DNA of 64,000 nucleotides, from NCBI GenBank assembly GCA_963808235.1, contig CAWEEQ010000004.1, positions 928,001-992,000 of the forward strand, written 5' to 3'. A program made the translations under genes and the position numbers. The notes under the pieces were generated by a model that saw only the letters and a program-made list of their open reading frames with translations, searched no databases and was not told where the DNA came from. The stretch is from an uncultured delta proteobacterium (GTDB taxonomy: Bacteria; Desulfobacterota; Binatia; Binatales; Binataceae). Positions 32,789 through 42,204 of the stretch are shown here, piece after piece. Every line of letters begins with the position of its first letter. Position 1 is the first letter of the stretch.

Positions 32789-34009
32789 TTACGACGCCTC
32801 CGAAAGCGCGTCCCGGAATAGATAGCAGGCGCTATCGCGGGGAATTTGTTCGCGCGGCAATGGCGTTTCCACTTGCGCCGGCGTCGGGCCGATTTTCGCC
32901 GCCCGAAGTTTCAATTCCTCCAGGTCGAAGTTGTAGAGCGCCGCGGCGTTCAGTCCCAGCACCTTGCGCCGCCGCGAGTCCGGCATGTCGCCGAACGTCA
33001 GTCGCAACGACTCGAGGTTGTACGGGAACGTGCCCTCATAGTGAGGGTAGTCGTTGCCCCATAGGACGTGATCCTCGCCGATCTCATCGATACCTGCTAA
33101 GTCGGCTTTGCTCGGGAAGCTCGCGCCGTAGTAGCAGTGACGCTTGGCATAAGCACTCGGCGGCTCTTTCAGCGGCATCTCCATTCCAGCGTAGTTCATC
33201 TCGCCAAGAGCACCTGACTTGATCGCGTAGTAAGCACGATCGAGCTGCTTCAGTATCGCCGGAACCCAGTAGCAGCCGGACTCGGTAAGGATATGCTTGA
33301 GGCGCGGGAACTTCTCGAACACCCCGGCCATCAGTAGGTGCCGGTAGCCGCATTGACCATAGTAGGCCACGTCCTGGATCCATATAGATGCGGCCACCAC
33401 GCTTTCGCCGTAGTCCGGCAGGCCCTGTCCCGTATGCTGATTCATGACGAGCCCATGGTCCTGGATAGCGGCAAACACGCGGTCCCATGCCGGGTCATAG
33501 AGCGGCTTCAGCCAGTGGGCGTCCGGCGGGATCAGCGGCAGGAGAACGCCGCCGCGCAGCCCCGACTTGGCGATAAACTCGATATCCTTGATCGCCTGGT
33601 CAAAGTCGTTCGGTAGGATGAGTCCAATCCCGGCGCGGCGAGTCGGGTCCTCGGCGCAGAAATCCTTCAGCCAGCGATTGTGCGCACGGATACCGGCCAG
33701 GCACTGTTGGAAATTTTCAGGCTTCGGTGGATGCGCCGTCACGATGCTCTTCCGATAGAACGGCGGCACGGTGTTGGGGAACACCACTTCGCCGACGACT
33801 CCCTGGCTATCCTGGTCTTTGTTGCGGATGCCGTAATCCCAGTTGCGCATCTTCTTGGAGCCGTAGTGCTCCTGCGAAGGGTTCTTGTACCCGCCCCGCC
33901 ATTCATCAAACGCCTCGCGCCACTGGGGATCGAGGTATTCGCGGTACTGCGCATGGCTGCCGCCCCCGTGCGTATCCGCAGTGATAAGTATGTAGGGCTC
34001 TTGGGACAT
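32789..34009 (-). CDS. Amidohydrolase family protein
   Basis: ITADTH, GVVGEVVFPN, HNRWL.DFC, WGNDYPHYEGT. Confidence 0.88.
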   Translation of the reverse strand: MSQEPYILITADTHGGGSHAQYREYLDPQWREAFDEWRGGYKNPSQEHYGSKKMRNWDYGIRNKDQDSQGVVGEVVFPNTVPPFYRKSIVTAHPPKPENFQQCLAGIRAHNRWLKDFCAEDPTRRAGIGLILPNDFDQAIKDIEFIAKSGLRGGVLLPLIPPDAHWLKPLYDPAWDRVFAAIQDHGLVMNQHTGQGLPDYGESVVAASIWIQDVAYYGQCGYRHLLMAGVFEKFPRLKHILTESGCYWVPAILKQLDRAYYAIKSGALGEMNYAGMEMPLKEPPSAYAKRHCYYGASFPSKADLAGIDEIGEDHVLWGNDYPHYEGTFPYNLESLRLTFGDMPDSRRRKVLGLNAAALYNFDLEELKLRAAKIGPTPAQVETPLPREQIPRDSACYLFRDALSEAS

Positions 34010-34109
34010 ATAGACCTCCCGTGCCGCCCTATTACCACACCTTCCAGCCGCCAGTCACCAGCGATCCGTCTTTGTATGCGAGCCGTGTGTGGCGGGCTAT
34101 TATGCGCCG

Positions 34110-35585
34110 ATGAATCAGACCACTGCGCCCTGTAGAAACGAGCTCAGGAGCATCGCGCGACGAGCGATGCTTGAACGAAACCTGCTGCCCGAGTTTTCCG
34201 CCGCGGTCGTGGCGGAGACCGGCTCCATCGCGAGCGCGGCTGCCGCGACGGATTCATCGCTGAGAGACTTGAGGCACCTGCTCTGGGCGTCGATCGACAA
34301 CGATGATTCGCTCGACCTCGATCAGCTTTCGGTCGCGGAACAACTCCCGGCCGGAACCGTGAAGATTTTAGTTGCAGTGGCCAACGTCGACGCGATCGTA
34401 AAAAAAGGTTCGGCGATCGATGACCACGCGCGCACCAACACCACCTCGGTTTATACCGCGGCCGAAATTTTCCCGATGCTTCCCGAAAAGCTCTCGACCG
34501 ATCTCACCTCGCTCGCCGACCGCAGGGAACGGCTGGCTATCGTGATCGAGATGGAAGTCGGCGCCGACGGCGCGGTGGGGAAGTCCGACATCTATCGCGC
34601 CGTGGTCGTGAATCGCGCGAAGCTCGCCTACAACGGGGTCGCGTCATGGCTCGATGGAACCGCGCCCGCGCCGGCGCCGATATCCGCCGTTCCGGGCCTC
34701 GACCAGAATCTCCGCCTCCAGGATCGGGTCGCGCAGGCGATGAAAACGCGGCGGCATCAACAGGGCGCGCTGACGCTGGAGACTATCGAGCCCCGCCCGG
34801 TGTTCGAGGGCGATTCGCTAAGCGATCTGAAAGCAGACCGGAAAAATCGCGCTACCGAGCTGATCGAAGACTTCATGATCGGGGCGAACGGCGTGACGGC
34901 AAGATACCTCGAACAGAAAGGGTTCCCGGCGCTGCGACGGGTTCTGCGCTCGCCTGAGCGATGGGCGCGAATTGTCGAGCTGGCAAGGGACTTGGGCGAG
35001 CAGCTGCCGCCGCGTCCCGACTGCCAGGCACTCCAGGCGTTCCTCCAGAAGCGGCGGCAGGCCGAACCCGAGCGCTTTCCGGACCTGTCGCTTTCCGTGG
35101 TCAAGTTGTTGGGCCGCGGCGAATACGTGCTCGAGCTTCCCGGCCAGCCGGTGGAGGGACACTTTGGGCTCGCGGTGAAGGATTACACGCATTCGACGGC
35201 GCCGAATCGGCGCTTCCCGGATTTGCTCACGCAGCGCCTGCTCAAGGCAGCGCTTTCCGGGACGCCGACGCCGTACCGCAACGACGAGCTTGGCGAATTG
35301 GCGCGGCACTGCACCGAGCAGGAAGACAACGCGACCAAAGTGGAGCGTCAGGTGCGCAAGTCGGCTGCCGCATTGCTGCTCGAATCGCGCGTGGGCGAGC
35401 GGTTTGACGCGATCGTGACGGGAGCTTCGTCGAAGGGGACATGGGCACGAATCGATCATCCCGCCGCGGAGGGTAAAGTCGTGCAAGGGTACAAGGGCCT
35501 TGATGTTGGCGATCATGTCCTCGTCGAGTTGGTCGACACCGACGTCGAGCGCGGCTTTGTCGATTTTGCACGAGTGAGAAAGTGA
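34110..35585 (+). CDS. RNB-domain exoribonuclease (short RNase II/R-like)
   Basis: SIDNDDSLDLDQ, LIEDFMIGAN, HFGLA...YTHSTAPNRRFPDL; C-terminal S1-like domain. Confidence 0.9.
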   Translation: MNQTTAPCRNELRSIARRAMLERNLLPEFSAAVVAETGSIASAAAATDSSLRDLRHLLWASIDNDDSLDLDQLSVAEQLPAGTVKILVAVANVDAIVKKGSAIDDHARTNTTSVYTAAEIFPMLPEKLSTDLTSLADRRERLAIVIEMEVGADGAVGKSDIYRAVVVNRAKLAYNGVASWLDGTAPAPAPISAVPGLDQNLRLQDRVAQAMKTRRHQQGALTLETIEPRPVFEGDSLSDLKADRKNRATELIEDFMIGANGVTARYLEQKGFPALRRVLRSPERWARIVELARDLGEQLPPRPDCQALQAFLQKRRQAEPERFPDLSLSVVKLLGRGEYVLELPGQPVEGHFGLAVKDYTHSTAPNRRFPDLLTQRLLKAALSGTPTPYRNDELGELARHCTEQEDNATKVERQVRKSAAALLLESRVGERFDAIVTGASSKGTWARIDHPAAEGKVVQGYKGLDVGDHVLVELVDTDVERGFVDFARVRK

Positions 35586-35592
35586 GAAAATC

Positions 35593-36381
35593 ATGAAATC
35601 GCGCAAGCCGGATCCGCCGCCGACCAATCCACCGCTCGCATATAAAGACGAGAAGTTTCTCGATAGCGATGAAGCCCGTCCGATACGGATTCTTGCCGAA
35701 TATCTCGAGCCGCTTGAGATCCTTTGCCGCGAGCAGGTACACGAGACAATCGTGTTCTTCGGCTCGGCGAGGACTACTCCCGACGGTCCGCTCGGCCGTT
35801 ACTATCAGGAGGCCCGCGAGCTTGCGCGACTGATCACTGTCTGGTCGAAGAGTCTTCGCGCGCACTGTCACCGCTACGTGATCTGCTCGGGCGGCGGCCC
35901 CGGAATCATGGAGGCGGCCAACCGCGGCGCTTCCGACGCCGGCGGCAGGACGATCGGGCTGAACATCGGGCTGCCGCATGAGCAGCGGCCCAATCCTTAC
36001 ATCACCCGCGGGCTATCCTTCGAGTTTCACTACTTCTTCATGCGCAAGCTGTGGTTCGCGCATCTTGCGCGGGCGCTGGTGGTTTTTCCCGGAGGTTTCG
36101 GCACGCTCGACGAAATGATGGAGATACTGACGCTGAAGCAAACGGAGAAACTGGATCGCCCGATCATTGTGCTTCTCTACGGCTCGCAATACTGGAAAGA
36201 GATCATCAATTTCGACGCGCTGGTCCGGCATGGCATGATAAGCCCCGAAGATCTCAAGCTGTTCAAGTTTGCCGACTCTCCAGCCGCGGCGCTTGGCTTG
36301 CTGCAGAAGGGACTGAGCGCACAGCCTGAGGAAACCCCGCCAGCCTTCGCGCACTCGTGCACGCCTTCGGGTGAGCGTTGA
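35593..36381 (+). CDS. LOG family (TIGR00730) nucleotide phosphoribohydrolase
   Basis: FFGSAR, GGGPGIMEAANRGA, FHYFFMRK, PGGFGTLDE. Confidence 0.92.
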   Translation: MKSRKPDPPPTNPPLAYKDEKFLDSDEARPIRILAEYLEPLEILCREQVHETIVFFGSARTTPDGPLGRYYQEARELARLITVWSKSLRAHCHRYVICSGGGPGIMEAANRGASDAGGRTIGLNIGLPHEQRPNPYITRGLSFEFHYFFMRKLWFAHLARALVVFPGGFGTLDEMMEILTLKQTEKLDRPIIVLLYGSQYWKEIINFDALVRHGMISPEDLKLFKFADSPAAALGLLQKGLSAQPEETPPAFAHSCTPSGER

Positions 36382-36599
36382 ACGGAGACCCTTCGAGCCT
36401 ACAAAAGCGTTCCATGCGTGCGATTCAACCTGTGCTCGGCTGCTCCGCGCCTCGCATGCGCTTGATCGCGTCTCATCGGCCAGATTAAAGAAGTCTGCAG
36501 GAGCTAGTCGCATAGACCTCAACGGGGAGAGGGCGCTTCCAACGTCAAACACCGGGCCCAGCACAGCGATCGACGCTCGCAATTCGGGAGCTACCCCGA

Positions 36600-38278
36600 T
36601 TGACGCGCCCATCCGCGCCGACGGCGAGCAATCCATATCTTGGGACGATCAGTGTGACGTGCTGGTCGTTGGATTTGGCGCCGCGGGAGCTTGCGCTGCT
36701 ATCGAAGCTGCCAACGCGGGCGCCGAGGTCATCGTGACCGACCGCTTTGGCGGCGGCGGCGCGAGCGCCAAGAGCGGCGGCGTCGTGTATGCCGGCGGCG
36801 GCACTCGATTTCAAAAGACCGCCGGCTACGACGATTCCCCTGACGCGATGTACGAATATCTGTGTCAGGAAGTCGGCGACGCGGTCTCTTCGGCGACGCT
36901 CCGCGACTTCTGCGATCGCAGCGTCGAGATGATCGAATGGCTCGAGGCACACGGCGTCGAGTTCGATTCCACCGTGCCTCCGTGCAAGACCTCGTATCCC
37001 GCCGACGGCTACTACCTTTATTTCTCCGGCAACGAGACCGTTAAGCAGTATGCGAGCAAATATCCGCCCGCCCCGCGCGGCCATCGCGTCAAAGGCGCGG
37101 GCCTCTCCGGTGCGATGCTCTTTCGCGCGCTGCGCAAAAGCGTCCATGCCAGTGGCGCCCGCGTGATGACCCAATCTTCCGTCCGCCGCCTGGTTGTCGA
37201 CACCAGCGGCGCAGTGCTCGGCGCCGAACTCTGGCAGTTTGGCAAGGACAGCCTTGCCACACACCGCCATCACCGTCTCAGCCGATGGGCCGAACGCCTG
37301 TACTATCCGGCCCCCGGCATTTCGGACATGCTGCGCCGCCGCGCGCTCGCGGTCGAACTCGCGCACGCTCGTCCAGCGATGGTCCGCGCGCGTGGAGGAG
37401 TGATCCTCAGCACCGGTGGATTCATCTTCAATCGCGAGATGGTTGCGCGCCACGCGCCGAACTATTTGCAAAACTTTCGCCTCGGAACCTCAGGATGCGA
37501 CGGCAGCGGCATCCGCCTCGGCCAATCCGTCGGCGGAGAATCCGCGCGCCTCGAGCGCGTCTCGGCGTGGCGCTTCATCAATCCACCGCTCGCGTGGGCG
37601 CGCGGCATGATCGTCGATACAACCGGCGCCCGCTTCTGCAACGAAGAGGTGTACGGCGCAAAACTCGGCTACGAAATGTGCGAGTATCACAACGGCAAGG
37701 CATGGCTCGTGATCGATTCGACAATCCGCCGCGACGCGATCCGCGAAGCCCTGTATGGCGGTCTCTGGGGATTCCAGAGCGTCCCCGCCCTCGTCCTGAG
37801 CTATGCGGGCGCGAAACGCGGCCCCTCGATCGAGGATCTCGCCCAACGGATCGGCGCCGATCCGGCGGTCTTTGTCCGAAACTTGCGATGCTACAATTAC
37901 GCCGCGCACACCGGCGATGATCCTCTCGGCAAGTCGCGCGATTTGCTCCATCCGCTCGAGACGTCGCCCTTCTACGCGCTCGACATCTCAGCCGACAAGC
38001 GCGTCTTCCCCTGCGCCGCGTTGACCCTCGGTGGCCTCCGCGTCGACGAGACCGACGGCGCTGTACGTACTCCCGCCGGCGCGACGATTCCCGGCCTCTA
38101 CGCCGCGGGCCGCTCGGCGGTGGGGATCGCATCGAATCATTACGTGAGCGGCCTCGCGCTCGCGGACTGCATATGGTCGGGCCGGCGCGCAGGCCGCGCC
38201 GCGGTGGCATCGATGATGCGCAAGCGCAAAGCGGGCGGGAGCAATGGCGTAGCCGGTCAAAAGTCTGGGGAAGACCTC
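36600..38278 (+). CDS. FAD-binding dehydrogenase, 3-oxo-5alpha-steroid Delta4-dehydrogenase (TesI)-like; start uncertain; reads in frame into the next SDR
   Basis: WDDQCDVLVVGFGAAG, SGGVVYAGGGT, KTSYP...YYLYFSGNE, TLGGL.VD, YVSGLALADC.WSGRRAG. Confidence 0.75.
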
Positions 38279-39016
38279 ATGGAACGAGTTCAGGGAAAAG
38301 TTGTGATTGTTACCGGCGCCGCCAGCGGCATCGGAATGCAGGATGCTCTCCTGCTCGCGAGCGAAGGCGCTCGCATCGTGATCACCGACCTCAACGAGGA
38401 CGGCGGCCGCTCACTCGCGCGAGAGATTGGCGATGCCGCGATGTTCGTCCGTCACGACATCTCGAGCGAGGACAACTGGAAGACTGTGATGGCTGCCACG
38501 ATCGAAAAGTTTGGCCGCCTCGACGGGCTGGTCAACAACGCCGGCATCCTGGCGATGGGTTCGATTGAGGACGCGACGCTCGAGCAATGGCGCAATGTCC
38601 ATCGCGTCAACGCCGATGGCTACTTTCTCGGCTGCAAGTACGGTGTGGCTGCGATGAAATCGAGTGGCGGTGGCTCGATCGTGAACATGTCGTCGATCGC
38701 AGCGGAGGGCTTGCCGTTCGCCGTGTCCTACAGCGGCTCGAAAGGGTCGGTGGCCGCGCTTACTCACTCGGTCGCCGTCCACTGCAAGAGTTGCGGCTAT
38801 AGGATTCGCTGCAATTCGATTCATCCCGATGGCGTGCTGACGCCGATGACGCTGCCGCTGATGGGCAATCCCGACCCAGCAGCTGTTAGTTACGATGCGG
38901 ACCCGACGTCGCGCTTTTGCGATCCAAAGGACGTCGCGAACCTGGTGCTGTTTCTGATTTCCGATGAGTCGCGTTTCATCAGCGGAGCGCAACTCAAGAT
39001 CACCAACGCGCACTGA
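38279..39016 (+). CDS. SDR, 3beta/17beta-hydroxysteroid dehydrogenase-like
   Basis: Own ATG with a purine-rich RBS; TGAASGIG, LVNNAG, YSGSK, IRCNSIHPDG..TPM. Confidence 0.8.
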   Translation: MERVQGKVVIVTGAASGIGMQDALLLASEGARIVITDLNEDGGRSLAREIGDAAMFVRHDISSEDNWKTVMAATIEKFGRLDGLVNNAGILAMGSIEDATLEQWRNVHRVNADGYFLGCKYGVAAMKSSGGGSIVNMSSIAAEGLPFAVSYSGSKGSVAALTHSVAVHCKSCGYRIRCNSIHPDGVLTPMTLPLMGNPDPAAVSYDADPTSRFCDPKDVANLVLFLISDESRFISGAQLKITNAH

Positions 39017-39057
39017 GCCGTGCACCACTCAACAGGACGTCCGTGTCCAGCGTGCCG

Positions 39058-39885
39058 CTAGCCGTTGCGGAGAAAATCGAGGCAGGTGCGATTGAACAGG
39101 TCGCGGTGCTCGACCATCACCCAGTGACCGCATCGGTTCAGCAGAGTGAAGCGGGCTTGGGGGCATCGCTCGAGGATTTTCATCGCGCCGCCGACCGGGT
39201 TGAAGCGATCGTTGATTCCCCAGAAGCCCAGCACCGGGCATCGAATTTCACCAAGCCGCTCGGCCATGTTGGGCACGCGCATCGTCGATAGCACCGTACG
39301 CGGCTGCGTCGCGCACACTCCGACGCGCTCGGCTAGCAACTCCGCTGTGATATGAGAGGGATCGTGCAGCTGCAGGGTGAGCAGCCGGCGCATCGATTCG
39401 GTATCCATCGGGCCCGCCGAAAAGAGTTCGATCATTTTCCGAATGCCTTCCATCTCCAAGTAGGCGGGAAGCTCTTCGATTCCGCCGGGCGCCATCAGAA
39501 TCAACCTGCTTACAATGTTCGGATGATCCAACGTGTACTTGAGTGCGATCGCGCCGCCTAGCGAGTTGCCAAGCAGCGTGCATCGCTCGAGGCCAAGCTT
39601 GGTGAGCAGTCCGTGTATAGCTTCGACGAAGAAGTCCAGAACGTAGTTGGTGTCCGGCTTTGAGGACAGACCGAAGCCCGGCAGATCCGGCACGATCGCT
39701 CGATAGCCAGCCGTGGCGAACACCCGAAAGTTGCCCTTGAAGTTGCTATAGCCACTTGCGCCGGGTCCGCTCCCGTGAAGGAACACGATCGGCTCGCCGC
39801 TCCCGGCTTCGTGATAGTGGATCGATAGCCCGCCGTCAGTAAGAGCGTACTTGCCTTCGGGAATCGGACGGGCGCCAGTGGTCAT
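39058..39885 (-). CDS. Meta-cleavage product hydrolase (HsaD/BphD-like alpha/beta hydrolase)
   Basis: HGSGPGASG.SNF, GNSLGG, CGHWV..E. Confidence 0.88.
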   Translation of the reverse strand: MTTGARPIPEGKYALTDGGLSIHYHEAGSGEPIVFLHGSGPGASGYSNFKGNFRVFATAGYRAIVPDLPGFGLSSKPDTNYVLDFFVEAIHGLLTKLGLERCTLLGNSLGGAIALKYTLDHPNIVSRLILMAPGGIEELPAYLEMEGIRKMIELFSAGPMDTESMRRLLTLQLHDPSHITAELLAERVGVCATQPRTVLSTMRVPNMAERLGEIRCPVLGFWGINDRFNPVGGAMKILERCPQARFTLLNRCGHWVMVEHRDLFNRTCLDFLRNG

Positions 39886-40077
39886 CGAATCCTCCGTGCG
39901 GAACGACGCAAGATGGCAAAGAGTTACAGGCGAAGATTTACAGATGTCGAGAGGGTCCGCAAAGGGATCGATACCGGAAATTCAGATTGAGATACTACGG
40001 TGAGCCAGTGAAACACGCCCCATTGTCTCGATGATCGAATCGTTGTAAATCCCATGCGGGACGGGGGTGACAAAACA

Positions 40078-40380
40078 ATGAAGACAAACGTGAAAGATGC
40101 AGATTTGTTGAGCCGGTGCGCACAGCGAGTTCTGACTCTGGTGGCTTTGGCTACGATGCTCGCGCTGTCGGGGTGTTATCTTTTTTCGCCATCGCAGCAG
40201 TCTGTAGATAAGCTGCAAACGCGACTGCATTTCGATTTATCGCAATGCCAGCAGACTGCTACCAACGTATACAAATGTCCGAACGTAGACAGGTCGATCT
40301 GCGGACCATTTTACGCGGGAGAGCAGGTCAATTGCCTCTACCTGGATAAAGACGGGAGCGTGATGGTGCAGAAGCAATAG
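40078..40380 (+). CDS. Small Cys-rich lipoprotein, hypothetical
   Basis: Signal with lipobox LSGC; four further Cys. Confidence 0.6.
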   Translation: MKTNVKDADLLSRCAQRVLTLVALATMLALSGCYLFSPSQQSVDKLQTRLHFDLSQCQQTATNVYKCPNVDRSICGPFYAGEQVNCLYLDKDGSVMVQKQ

Positions 40381-40475
40381 CGGTCGCACGCGATCGGTTT
40401 GCGATGGCCGAAAAGATCAAGCTCGCTCCGACTAGGGTGTCGGGCGAGAGTCCGGAGAATTTGAAGAGGGTGCGC

Positions 40476-40664
40476 CTAGATTCGTGGCTTTGATTTGGTC
40501 GCGGATTGCGGACGGCGATTGGCCATATCCAAAAGTCCGGCGAGCTCGACCTTAACGACCAGGCGCCCGGGAAAATGCTTTATCGCCAGATAGCGGGCGT
40601 CCGCAGCACGAAGTGCCTCGACTATCTCCGCGGTTCCATCGGCAAAACTTGCTTTGAAAATCAT
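40476..40664 (-). CDS. Small hypothetical protein
   Basis: ATG 40664 preceded by GGAG/GAGG; 62 aa; no recognisable motif. Confidence 0.35.
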   Translation of the reverse strand: MIFKASFADGTAEIVEALRAADARYLAIKHFPGRLVVKVELAGLLDMANRRPQSATKSKPRI

Positions 40665-40847
40665 CCTCGTATTCTCCGTGATGACTAACCCGCTTACGAT
40701 TCTACAACTTGCTATATTGGAGCCAAAGGATTTCGACACAAACCGCGCGCAATGACTTACGTTCGTGAAAGATGGGACCGCCGCAAATTATCCCAAATCC
40801 GTTTTCCGATTGTTCAAAAGTAAACGAACCCTGAAAAGGACGCGCAG

Positions 40848-41252
40848 ATGAACTACTTTCTTGCGAAGACCGACCCGGAGACCTACTCCATCGACGACCT
40901 CGAACGCGAAAAGCGCACAAGCTGGGACGGGGTGACGAATCCTCAGGCGGTTCGCGCGATACGATCGATGCATACCGGCGACCGCGTGTTCATTTATCAT
41001 AGCGGCCTTGGTGTCGTAGGGATTGCGCTGGTTCGATCGGAATCGCGCGACGATCCGAAGAACCCGAAGTCGGCAGTGGTGGATCTGGAGTTTGCCGGAC
41101 GCCTGGACGCGCCCGTAACGCTCACCGAAATCAAAGGGTCGCACCTGTTCGACGATTGGGCGCTGGTGCGCCAGGGGCGACTCTCGACGATGGCGGCGCC
41201 TGAAAAATTCGTAGCCTGGATGCGCAAGCGAAATCCGAAGGCGAAGATCTAG
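40848..41252 (+). CDS. EVE domain protein
   Basis: YFLAKTDPE.YSIDDL, WDGV.N.QA, GDRVFIYHS, LVRQGRLS. Confidence 0.92.
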   Translation: MNYFLAKTDPETYSIDDLEREKRTSWDGVTNPQAVRAIRSMHTGDRVFIYHSGLGVVGIALVRSESRDDPKNPKSAVVDLEFAGRLDAPVTLTEIKGSHLFDDWALVRQGRLSTMAAPEKFVAWMRKRNPKAKI

Positions 41253-41283
41253 AGTGATCGCGCGATCGCGCAAGAGCGATGAG

Positions 41284-42186
41284 TTAGCGGCTACTCTCCG
41301 CAGCGAAGAACGAGTTTAGTGCTGCGAGCGACTGTGCAGTGTCGTGGCCTTGTTCCCAATCGGTCGCTAGCTGCTCGTAGAGACGAGCCGCGCCCATGTA
41401 GATTGTGCCGCCGGTCCCGGCATCGCCGACAAATTCGGAAATTTGCTCCATCTCGTCCACCCATCGATAGGCTTTCGAGTACATAGCTGGAATCCTCGCC
41501 GTAAGCATCGCGAGCAACTGAGGCTGACTGCGCGCTAGTTCTTCGCGTAGCGCTGAAGCGAGTCCGGCCCGCGATGCGGCTCCAACCATCGCGGCACCAA
41601 TCGCGATCAACCCCTTCGTGAGTCCAGCATACGACATTTTCAGCGCCGAGGCGGCGCCGATACCACCGTCGACGACCGCGACGTCGAGTCCGAACGTGCG
41701 GATCGTGGTCAGTTGATGAGCGCGATCGCCCGAAGCGTAGAAGCGCGGCCCCCTGCCGGCGCCTCCAGCACGTGGCGGACCACCTATGATCCCCGCGTCG
41801 ATGAATCCGCAACCTGTTGTGGCCAATGAGTCGGCGATAAGACGCACCGTCGCGGGAGAGACCGCATTGCAATCCACAAAGATCGGTTTCACGGCCACTG
41901 CCGCTAGCGACGCGCGAAGACGCTGCGCAACCCTTATCGCTTCGCCTGGCGGGACGATGGACAAGATAAAGGCGCTCTCTCGCACGAGTAGGTCATCGTC
42001 GTCGAGTACTTCGAGATTCGCGCGCCGGACGCGGTCCACGCTGGCGGGGCTGCGGCCCTTAAGAGAGGTTACAACGCGCGCGCCCGACTCGCGTAGTCGT
42101 TGCCCTACCGCGGAACCCATCTCGCCTGCGCCGATTATCGCGATAGTTTGCGCAATCGTTTCAGCCCGACGATTTGAATCGCTCAT
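41284..42186 (-). CDS. NAD(P)-dependent oxidoreductase (6PGDH-like, DUF1932 C-terminus)
   Basis: IIGAGEMG, DCNAVSP, IIGGPP, ASALKMSYAG.TKG, KAYRWV.EM. Confidence 0.85.
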   Translation of the reverse strand: MSDSNRRAETIAQTIAIIGAGEMGSAVGQRLRESGARVVTSLKGRSPASVDRVRRANLEVLDDDDLLVRESAFILSIVPPGEAIRVAQRLRASLAAVAVKPIFVDCNAVSPATVRLIADSLATTGCGFIDAGIIGGPPRAGGAGRGPRFYASGDRAHQLTTIRTFGLDVAVVDGGIGAASALKMSYAGLTKGLIAIGAAMVGAASRAGLASALREELARSQPQLLAMLTARIPAMYSKAYRWVDEMEQISEFVGDAGTGGTIYMGAARLYEQLATDWEQGHDTAQSLAALNSFFAAESSR

Positions 42187-42204
42187 CGTGCGCTCTCCAA
42201 CGAC

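Noticed and set aside
40848-41252. EVE protein as part of a modification-dependent restriction system
   Set aside because: It is a stand-alone domain with no nuclease or ATPase neighbour.
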